Of a stretch of DNA of 64,000 nucleotides, positions 39,496-46,561 are shown in pieces. A program made the position numbers and the translations under genes. The notes under the pieces are model-generated. The model searched no databases. It saw only the letters and a program-made list of their open reading frames with translations, and had not been told where the DNA came from. The stretch comes from Candidatus Omnitrophota bacterium (GTDB taxonomy: Bacteria > Omnitrophota > Omnitrophia > Omnitrophales > JACQLI01). The stretch covers positions 34,103-98,102 of the forward strand of contig JACPCP010000008.1 in NCBI GenBank assembly GCA_016179745.1, given 5' to 3'. Numbering within the stretch: position 1 is the first letter of the stretch; every line of letters starts with the position of its first letter.

Positions 39496-40392
39496 TCAAT
39501 TCAAGCCTAACTCGTTGGGGTGCCTGTAGTTAACGAGGCGGGCCGTGACCGAACCCAGAACGGGGACCTTCACGGTCATTTTAAGAGGAATGCGGCGTGA
39601 GTCGAGGGAGAGCCACCCCCGGATCTTTCCCCGCTTCACAAAGATCCCCTGAAACTGGATTTCGGGCTCCACCTCGACCGCTTCAAATTCCGGAAAGCCC
39701 TTTAATTGGACTTTCGTCTCCCTCAAAACCTTTACCCGAAGACTCCAATTTTTTTCGTCGGCGTTGACGGGAATAGAAATTTCCGTCCCGGGCTGAATCT
39801 CCTGCAGGCGGAACCAGAAACCGCACGAAAGCTGGTCCTGAACGTCCGGCGGAATTCTCATTTCCTTCCGGGAACCATTTTTGCGGGAGTAATAAGCGGC
39901 GGTGTGATTCACCTGATCGTATTCCATCACCTCGTCCGCCCGGTAACGGCCCTCCCGCAGGATTTTTTCATAACGGAGCGAGTGCAGCCTCTCGACATCA
40001 ATATAACTGTGGTGGGTGTCCCGCACCTTATAAATCCAGTCGATGATCCGAGCGGAACGAACCTGAATTTCAACGTGGTAGGCGTCCCGGTCACGCACCC
40101 TGACGATCTCCTTCACCTCGGCCTCTCCCCGGCCGACTTCGATCCCGAGCAGGCGGACGGAATAAACCAGTTTTTCCCCGACAAATAATTTTTGGGGAGG
40201 CGTTTCCTCGGCGGAAGCGTTTGGAGCGGCGAGAAGAAGGCAAAAAAAGAGGAAGCTAGCAGGCTGTTTGATAAATTCGTACCCCGTTTTGACCCCCTCT
40301 CCCTCCCCTCTCCCCCTGTGGGGGAGAGGGTTAAGGGTGAGGGGAAGACTAGGTACGAATTTGTCAAACAAGGTACTAGCGGCCGTTGACAC
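39496..40392 (-). CDS. DUF3108-like exported protein; N-terminal region interrupted by a palindromic element
   Basis: Beta-rich protein (LVYSVRLLGIEVGRGEAEVKE...) resembling DUF3108. The signal-peptide h-region ASFLFFCLLLAAPNASA begins only at residue ~44, because residues ~9-41 are encoded by the repeat at 40268..40367. The start (ATG 40392) is uncertain. Confidence 0.65.
   Translation of the reverse strand: MSTAASTLFDKFVPSLPLTLNPLPHRGRGEGEGVKTGYEFIKQPASFLFFCLLLAAPNASAEETPPQKLFVGEKLVYSVRLLGIEVGRGEAEVKEIVRVRDRDAYHVEIQVRSARIIDWIYKVRDTHHSYIDVERLHSLRYEKILREGRYRADEVMEYDQVNHTAAYYSRKNGSRKEMRIPPDVQDQLSCGFWFRLQEIQPGTEISIPVNADEKNWSLRVKVLRETKVQLKGFPEFEAVEVEPEIQFQGIFVKRGKIRGWLSLDSRRIPLKMTVKVPVLGSVTARLVNYRHPNELGLN
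40268..40367. repeat. About 100-bp nested palindromic element, copy 1
   Basis: Outer arms TTGATAAATTCGTACC (40268..40283) and GGTACGAATTTGTCAA (40352..40367). Middle arms CCCCTCTCCC and GGGTGAGGGG. Inner 11-bp stem CCCTCTCCCCC-TGT-GGGGGAGAGGG (40306..40330). Confidence 0.9.
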
Positions 40393-41491
40393 AATTTTTC
40401 CAAAAATTTTTCCGGTCCAGAAATACCTTCACGGCCTCGGGAGGAAGCTCCGTCAGGCATTCCCGGTCCACGCAGGCCGAATTGTAGCGAAAATTCGAGT
40501 AGCACGGCCGGCACGGCAGGTCCCTTCTCATCACCGGGACGGCACGAGGATATGCTGGGAAAGGACCATAAACTTTGGGGTCGGCAGGACCAAAAAGGGC
40601 CACGAGCGGAACATGAAGGGCGTGCGCCAAGTGGACAAGGCCGCCGTCATTGGCAAGGAGGAGCCGGGCCCCCTCCAAAATCGCCGCCGCTACGCCGAGG
40701 GAAACTTCCCCGCAAAGATTGATGACTTTAAAGTCCGGCGGATTTCCCGAATCAGACGCCAAAGTCTGTTCCATTGCTTCGCCGAGACTCCGCTCTCCTT
40801 TGCTTCCCAGGATCACGACCGAGCCGAAATTGACCCGCTTCCGGAATTCCAAAAGGGCCTGGGCAAAATAACAGGCGGGCCAGCGCTTAAAATGGGCGTC
40901 TTTTCCCCAGGACTCCCCGCCGCCCGGTGCTACAGCCAAATAAGATTCATCGGCAGGCCGATGAATCTCCCACGCCCGCTGCCGGTCTTCCTCGGAAACG
41001 TAAAACTCAAGAAAGGGCTCTTCGATCTCAAGACCCACGAGCCGCCCGAGCTCGGCGTAGAATTCGACGACCGAGCGGCCCTCAAATCCCCTCGGCAGAG
41101 AAATGGATTGGGTCAAAAACGTTCCCCGGTGTTTGAAATTAAAACCGATCCTTCTTGGGATCCCAAGAAAGACGCCGCTGTAAAAAGCGGTCTCCCGCTG
41201 GAGCGACAAATCGATCAAAAGGTCGTAGCGGCCTCTGAGTTTTTTCCACCAGAAAAAAATTTCCCTGAGGAGCTCCCTCCTTCCGAGCGAGTGCCACCGG
41301 TCCTTGTCGAGGGTGAAGATTTGGCCGGCGTGAGGGTTATTCCGAAAAATGGCCTCCGTCCGGGAACCGAGCAGAAGATCGACGGACTCGACACTCGGAA
41401 GGGTCCGGAGCGCCCGGAGGAGCGGCGTCGTAAAAAGGGCATCGCCCAGGCCGTAGGGCTGAACGATCAAAACTCGACGGATGGAATTCAT
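40376..41491 (-). CDS. Glycosyltransferase family 9 (heptosyltransferase-like), copy 1
   Basis: 371 aa. RVLIVQPYGLGDALFTTPLLRALR, and the C-terminal LLANDGGLVHLAHALHVPLVALFGP plus a Cys-rich tail. Confidence 0.88.
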   Translation of the reverse strand: MNSIRRVLIVQPYGLGDALFTTPLLRALRTLPSVESVDLLLGSRTEAIFRNNPHAGQIFTLDKDRWHSLGRRELLREIFFWWKKLRGRYDLLIDLSLQRETAFYSGVFLGIPRRIGFNFKHRGTFLTQSISLPRGFEGRSVVEFYAELGRLVGLEIEEPFLEFYVSEEDRQRAWEIHRPADESYLAVAPGGGESWGKDAHFKRWPACYFAQALLEFRKRVNFGSVVILGSKGERSLGEAMEQTLASDSGNPPDFKVINLCGEVSLGVAAAILEGARLLLANDGGLVHLAHALHVPLVALFGPADPKVYGPFPAYPRAVPVMRRDLPCRPCYSNFRYNSACVDRECLTELPPEAVKVFLDRKNFWKNCVNGR

Positions 41492-42518
41492 GCCAAAAAT
41501 TTCACGGCCTTTTTAAAAACATCGTCCACCGAGACCACGTCCAGACACAAAAAATTGATCCGACAGTTGTGGGCCAGACAAACGGGGCAGGCCACCTCTT
41601 TATGAATGACCCTCCCCTCCTCCCCCAAGGGCCCCCAGCGCCTCGGACTGAGGCCGGTCAGGTTCCTCCCGAAAATGGAGATCACCGGCGTGCCAACAGC
41701 CCGAGCCAAATGAACCGGCCCGGAATCGTTTGAAATGAGGAGCCGGGCGCCCTTGAGGAGCCAGCCCAGCAAACCGATCGAAATTTTTCCGCTCAAGTCA
41801 ATACGACCGGAAACCCGAATTTTTCCTGCAGGCGGTCGGCGAGCCGGGCGAAACGCTCGGCGGGCCAGACCTTGGAGGGACAACTGGCGCTCGGGTTCAG
41901 GACCCCGTAAGACCTTGACCCCTCACCCCCACCCTCTCCCCCTCGGGGGGAGAGGGCAAAGGGTGAGGGGGACAAATTCCGAAGTAGAAATTCAAGGGAG
42001 ACACGGTCCCGCTCCTTTAACGGGAAATAGGTCCGGAGTTTTTCCGGCGGTTTGACGTTTAAAAATTTTAAAAGATCGAAGTTGTATTCGGATTCGTGCT
42101 TCAAGCCCTCCCCTTTGCGGTCTTCAATTGTGTGGGTAAGGGCCCACGCATTTTTCTTCCGGTAACCGATTCGGACCGGAATGCCGGCCAGCCAGCTCAC
42201 CCAATGCATCCGGTTCGTCGGGTGGAGGTGGACAACCGTATCAAATCGTTTTTCGGCCAGCCGGCGGGCAAAGCGAAAATTCCCGAACCCGCCCTTCTCG
42301 CCCCCCCGCTTGTCGTAAAGAATCACTTCATCAAGAAAGGGGTTCCCCTCCACGAGCTCCCGGTTTTCCAGAAACGTGAGGCATGCCAAATGGGCTTTCG
42401 GAAATCTGAGACGGAGCGCTTCAAAAACAGGGGTTGAGAGAAGGAGGTCGCCCATTCGGTCCGTGCGGGTGATCAAAATCCGGGAGGGATCCCGGGATTC
42501 AATCAATGCTGGATTCAT
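41488..42518 (-). pseudogene. Glycosyltransferase family 9, copy 2: split by internal deletion and frameshift, and carrying an in-frame palindromic element
   Basis: The N-terminal half is in ORF 41793..42743 (from ATG 42518: MNPALIESRDPSRILITRTDRMGDLLLSTPVFEALR...VWPAERFARLADRLQEKFGFPVVLT-stop). The C-terminal half is in another frame (ORF 41488..41883: IDLSGKISIGLLGWLLKGARLLISNDSGPVHLARAVGTPVISIFG). The ~20-27 aa that paralogs have between VVL-G and the L-x-G-K/E motif are missing. Confidence 0.75.
41902..41979. repeat. Palindromic element, copy 2 (78 bp) inside the GT9 copy-2 reading frame
   Basis: CCCCTCACCC (41919..41928) pairs with GGGTGAGGGG (41961..41970). The inner stem is CCCTCTCCCCC-TCG-GGGGGAGAGGG (41932..41956). 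Flanks ACCCCGT..GACC and GACAAATTC are shared with copy 1. Confidence 0.9.
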
Positions 42519-43437
42519 CAAGAAGCTCCCGGCAGACGGCGTAGACCTTTTCCGGAGCAAGGTCCCGGAGAGAATCGGAATCCGGATTCCGGACAATCCG
42601 CCAAATCTCGTTTTCTCTTCCATATTTTTCGGGCTCGGTCGGGCCGAAGACCGCCACCACGGGACGGCAAAGCTCGTAGCCCAGGTGCATGCAAGCGCTG
42701 TCGTTACTGAGGACGAGGGCTGCTTCCGAGACGAGCGCCGCAAGTTCCCTCAGGGTCAACTCACCGGCCAGACTGACCACACGCCGGGGGTCCACCCCGG
42801 AAATTTTTTCGGCAAGCGGCGCCTCCCTGGAATCTCCCACGGCCGCAAAATTGAAGGAAGAGGTCTCCGCCAGGCCCTTGACGACCTCGGCAAAATTTTC
42901 GACCGGCCACCTCTTGGCCTCGCTCCCGGCGCCGGGCGCCACCACCACGCACGGCACCGAGGGCAAGAAACCTTTCGCTTTGAGTTTTTCAGAAAGGGCC
43001 GCTTCCTCCTCTTTCGAGAAAAAATCAAACTTCACGCTGCCGCCCGGCTTGAGATTCATCATCGGTAAGATCTCCAGATGACGGTCCCGGGCACGCTTCG
43101 AACGGTAATGCCGGAAAATGGGGCTCCGGCGCTCGGCCCGGACGAAAAAGGGCAGGGCGGAATTCCGCAAATCCACGGCCCACTCGTAAAATTCCTCTCG
43201 AAGGACCCGGACCAATCTGAGTTTGTGGGCGAGACCCGCCTGCTTGTCATAGACGAGGAGACGGTCGATCAAACGGCTTTTCTCCAAAAGCGGCGCCGCC
43301 CGGGGTCCCGCCACCACCGTGAGCCGGGCCCAGGGAAAAATCGAACGTAGGGAGGCAATGACCGGCGTCGTCAGAATGACGTCGCCGATATTGCTCAGCG
43401 TGACAAGGAGGATTGAGATTCTTTCCGGGGTCGCCAT
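42499..43437 (-). CDS. Glycosyltransferase family 9 (heptosyltransferase-like), copy 3
   Basis: 312 aa. ISILLVTLSNIGDVILTTPVIASLR, APGAGSEAKRWPVENF and LVLSNDSACMHLG. Confidence 0.88.
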   Translation of the reverse strand: MATPERISILLVTLSNIGDVILTTPVIASLRSIFPWARLTVVAGPRAAPLLEKSRLIDRLLVYDKQAGLAHKLRLVRVLREEFYEWAVDLRNSALPFFVRAERRSPIFRHYRSKRARDRHLEILPMMNLKPGGSVKFDFFSKEEEAALSEKLKAKGFLPSVPCVVVAPGAGSEAKRWPVENFAEVVKGLAETSSFNFAAVGDSREAPLAEKISGVDPRRVVSLAGELTLRELAALVSEAALVLSNDSACMHLGYELCRPVVAVFGPTEPEKYGRENEIWRIVRNPDSDSLRDLAPEKVYAVCRELLDESSID

Positions 43438-44453
43438 AACTCTTCGCTTTGAATTTTTTTAAAAACTTCTTCGGGGGTCATCCGTTCCATCCACCCCCCT
43501 GCCGGAAGGCTCTTCCCCTTCCAGGGGATTGAGTATCCTTCCGGGACAAATTGAATCACGATCTTTTTCCCCGTGCCCCGGGGCCCGGTCAAACGGGGGC
43601 AGGTCGGGCCAAAGAGCGCCACGACCGGGGTCCCCACGCCGGAAGCGATGTGGAGCGGGCCGGAGTCGCTCGAAACCACAAACCGGGCCTTTTGGTAAAG
43701 CGCCCCCAGCACTTTAAGTGACGTGATTCCACAAATAGAGAGCGGTTTTGAGAAGCGGGAATTCCGCAGAATTTCTTCGGCAATTCCCTCGTCACGGCCG
43801 GAACCGGTCAAGACCATCGGGAGTGAAAAATTCTGAGTGATCAGGTCAGCCAACACCGCAAAGTGAGTCGCCGGCCAGCGCTTCGGCTCCCAATTCGCTC
43901 CGATGTGAAAGACCGCAAAAGGTTTTTCCGCCAATCCCTTTGAGTGGAGAAGATTCAAAGCTTCAGCGTTGTGTTCGGGAGAATAGAAAAATTGATACTC
44001 CGCCCCGAATTTCACCCGGAGGCCGGCCCACTTCAAAAGATAAAGGAAGTAATCCACCTGATGCAAAGGCTTCGAAGGGGTCTCCACCGCACGGGTCAAC
44101 ACCCGCCGGCGTTTCGGTGTCGCAAAACCCACTCGCTCTGGAATTCCCCCGAGGGCCGCCAGGAAGGCCCGGGTGAAGGAACGATGAAAAAGGAAGACCC
44201 GGTCGAATTTCTCCCGCCGGAGCCAGGCAATGAATCGAAGCTTTGCAAAGAGGGACCGTTCCCCCTCCCGTTCATCGAATTCCCGCACTTCGTCAAGGAA
44301 GGGCACGGCCTCCAGAATTTCCCGGCAGCGTCCCGGCGCCAGGGCCGTGATCCGGGCCCCGGGAAAATTTTCCCGGAGGGCCTGGAGGGCCGGCACTTCA
44401 AACAGGACGTCCCCCAGCCAATTTTTGGTGAAGACAAGAATTTTCATGCTCAA
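43395..44453 (-). CDS. Glycosyltransferase family 9 (heptosyltransferase-like), copy 4
   Basis: 352 aa. KILVFTKNWLGDVLFEVPALQALR, HIGANWEPKRWPATHF and VVSSDSGPLHIASGVGTPVVALFGPT. Confidence 0.88.
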   Translation of the reverse strand: MSMKILVFTKNWLGDVLFEVPALQALRENFPGARITALAPGRCREILEAVPFLDEVREFDEREGERSLFAKLRFIAWLRREKFDRVFLFHRSFTRAFLAALGGIPERVGFATPKRRRVLTRAVETPSKPLHQVDYFLYLLKWAGLRVKFGAEYQFFYSPEHNAEALNLLHSKGLAEKPFAVFHIGANWEPKRWPATHFAVLADLITQNFSLPMVLTGSGRDEGIAEEILRNSRFSKPLSICGITSLKVLGALYQKARFVVSSDSGPLHIASGVGTPVVALFGPTCPRLTGPRGTGKKIVIQFVPEGYSIPWKGKSLPAGGWMERMTPEEVFKKIQSEELWRPRKESQSSLSR

Positions 44454-46561
44454 ACCGTCAGGGCCGGCAGGGAGGCGAGGTGTTTCTTCGTGGCCTCGAA
44501 GACTTCGTCAACCTCGATCCGTTTGAGGCAGGCCAAAAACTCCGGGTTTTGACAAACCCCCTTGTAGCACGGCTGACAGGGAAGTCTTTTTACAAAGAGC
44601 GTGGTCTGGGGGCTCGGCACGAGGTGGCGGCGGGGGTCGGTCGGGCCAAAGAGGGCCACCCGTCGAGTGCCGAGGGCACTTGCAATGTGAAGCGGTGCGG
44701 TGTCGCCCGTCACAAGCACCCCCAGCCGACGAATCACGGAGACAAGGTCCCGGAGCGAACTCTTGCCGACCAAGTCGAGGACAGCGTCCGAATCTAAATC
44801 AAAACCCTCCACGAGCGGCCGGTCTTCCGGGGAACCAATCAGGACCACCTTCGAGTCCAGTTCCTTCGTGAGGCGGCGGGCCAGGGCCCGGAAGGATTCG
44901 ATCGGCCAGCGCTTCGTCGGCCAGCGGGGGCTCGAACCGATCACGAGCCCCACCCATTTTCCGTTTTCAGAAAACTTCTTTTCCCCGAACCATTGCGTGA
45001 CAAGCGCCTCCGAGGCCGGGTCCGGCCAAAGCTCCAGCCTCTCCTCCATTTGATTGATCCCCAGGCGGGAAAGCAGGCGGAACTGGTGGCGGATCGGCGA
45101 ATCCATCTCGGTAAAAGTGAAATCCGGGTGGGTCAAAAGTCTCCCAAAGATCCCCCGGCTGAAGCCGTGCCGCTCCGGAATCCCCGCAAGCAGGGCCAGC
45201 AAATGCGTCCGCTTCGTGTTTTGAAAATCAATGGCGAGGTCGAAAGCCTCCCGGCGGAGCCGCTTGGCAAACCGGGCGAGCCAAATCCAGGAACGGGACT
45301 TGCTGCGGTTAAAAAGGAGGATTTCATTCAGATAAGGGCAGCCTGCGAGGACGGCGCTGTAACGCTCATCCACCAGGACGCTGAGGCGGGCAGACGGAAA
45401 TTTTTTTCGGATCATCCGGAGGCTCGGGACGGCCAGGATCACGTCCCCCAAGGCCCCGATTTTGATCACGAGGATGCGCTTCTCTCCCCGGACCTCGTGG
45501 TAAACCTCAAGCGTCTTCTCCGTCATCTGATCGAGCGTAAATTGGGTTTCAACTTTCTTGCGAAGCGCCTGGGCCATTCGACCCGCCTCGTCCCGGTGCG
45601 TGAGCAGGCGTTCCATGGCATCGGCCAGGGCGTCCTCATCCCCGGGCGGCACGAGGAGCCCTTCTTTCCCGTCTTCAATAATGTCCACGACCCCGCCGAG
45701 CCGGGTCGCCACACAGGCGGTTCCCACAGCCCCGGCCTCAATCAAGACCCGGCCGAAAGATTCCGGGACAAGGCTCGAAAGCACCAAAAGATCGGCTTCC
45801 CGCAAAAGTTCCGGAATGTCCCGGCGGGTGCCGAGCATTTTCACATTTCTCTCAAGCCCCAGCCGGACCACGGTCCGCTCAATTTCACGGGTGTATTTCG
45901 TCTTCCCTTCCCCTTCGGAGCCCACCAGCCAGGCCTCGACCGGAAGTCCCCGCTCCCGAAGCCGGTGAACCGCACGGAGGAATTCCACCTGTCCCTTGAT
46001 CGGTGAAAAACGGCCCACGTTCAAAATTCGAAAAACCTTGGTCGTCTTCAAATATTTTTCGGAATGAAAAGTGAACCGGCTCAAATCGACTCCCCGGGGA
46101 ATTAAAACAATGCGGTCCGGCGGGACCCCGAAATCATCGATCATGTGACGGGCCATGACTTCGGAAGGAACGATGACTCTTTTTCCCCAGCCCATCACCC
46201 GGCTCAAAAAATGATTGGAATAATAACCGTGGCAAGTGGTCACGAGGGGGACGCCGGCCTTCCGGGAGGCCAGCCAGACAATCCAGGCCGGCACCCGGCT
46301 CCGGGCGTGCACCACGTCCACCCGTTCCTTTTGAATGATTTCCACAAGCCGGGGCACAAGGAAAAGGCTGAAAAGGGATTTCCGGTCCACGGGCAGGGAA
46401 TAATGAGGGATCCCCTCTTTTTGAAGTTCCTGGGCGAGGGCGCCGCCCGCTGAAACAACGACCGACTCCTCTCCCCGGCCCTTGAGGGCCCGGACGAGGT
46501 CCGCTACGCCCCGTTCTACGCCGCCCAGTTCCAGACGGGGAAGGATTTGTAAAATTTTCAC
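44450..46561 (-). CDS. Bifunctional glycosyltransferase: N-terminal GT4 (GT-B, group 1) fused to C-terminal GT9 (copy 5)
   Basis: 703 aa. Residues 1-~358 are GT4-like (MKILQILPRLELGGVERGVADL, ESFGRVLIEAGAVGTACVATRLGGVVDII.DGKEGLLV). Residues ~360-703 are GT9-like (RILVIKIGALGDVILAVPSLRMIR, SSPRWPTKRWPIESF, VTGDTAPLHIASALG). The domain junction is near nt 45484. Confidence 0.85.
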   Translation of the reverse strand: MKILQILPRLELGGVERGVADLVRALKGRGEESVVVSAGGALAQELQKEGIPHYSLPVDRKSLFSLFLVPRLVEIIQKERVDVVHARSRVPAWIVWLASRKAGVPLVTTCHGYYSNHFLSRVMGWGKRVIVPSEVMARHMIDDFGVPPDRIVLIPRGVDLSRFTFHSEKYLKTTKVFRILNVGRFSPIKGQVEFLRAVHRLRERGLPVEAWLVGSEGEGKTKYTREIERTVVRLGLERNVKMLGTRRDIPELLREADLLVLSSLVPESFGRVLIEAGAVGTACVATRLGGVVDIIEDGKEGLLVPPGDEDALADAMERLLTHRDEAGRMAQALRKKVETQFTLDQMTEKTLEVYHEVRGEKRILVIKIGALGDVILAVPSLRMIRKKFPSARLSVLVDERYSAVLAGCPYLNEILLFNRSKSRSWIWLARFAKRLRREAFDLAIDFQNTKRTHLLALLAGIPERHGFSRGIFGRLLTHPDFTFTEMDSPIRHQFRLLSRLGINQMEERLELWPDPASEALVTQWFGEKKFSENGKWVGLVIGSSPRWPTKRWPIESFRALARRLTKELDSKVVLIGSPEDRPLVEGFDLDSDAVLDLVGKSSLRDLVSVIRRLGVLVTGDTAPLHIASALGTRRVALFGPTDPRRHLVPSPQTTLFVKRLPCQPCYKGVCQNPEFLACLKRIEVDEVFEATKKHLASLPALTV

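Noticed and set aside
39476-39498. Hairpin ACACCC-GCC-GGGTGT at the DUF3108 stop codon as a terminator (likewise a 4-bp hairpin at the dprA stop, 55068..55085)
   Set aside because: The stems are short (6 and 4 bp). The first lacks an adjacent T-tract and the second is too weak. Neither is reported as a feature.
40268-41979. Possible CRISPR array or terminator pair, suggested by the repeated GGGGAGAGGG palindromes
   Set aside because: There are only two copies, 1.6 kb apart, with no repeat-spacer periodicity and no cas genes. Both lie inside open reading frames and lack T-tracts, so they are not CRISPR repeats or simple terminators.
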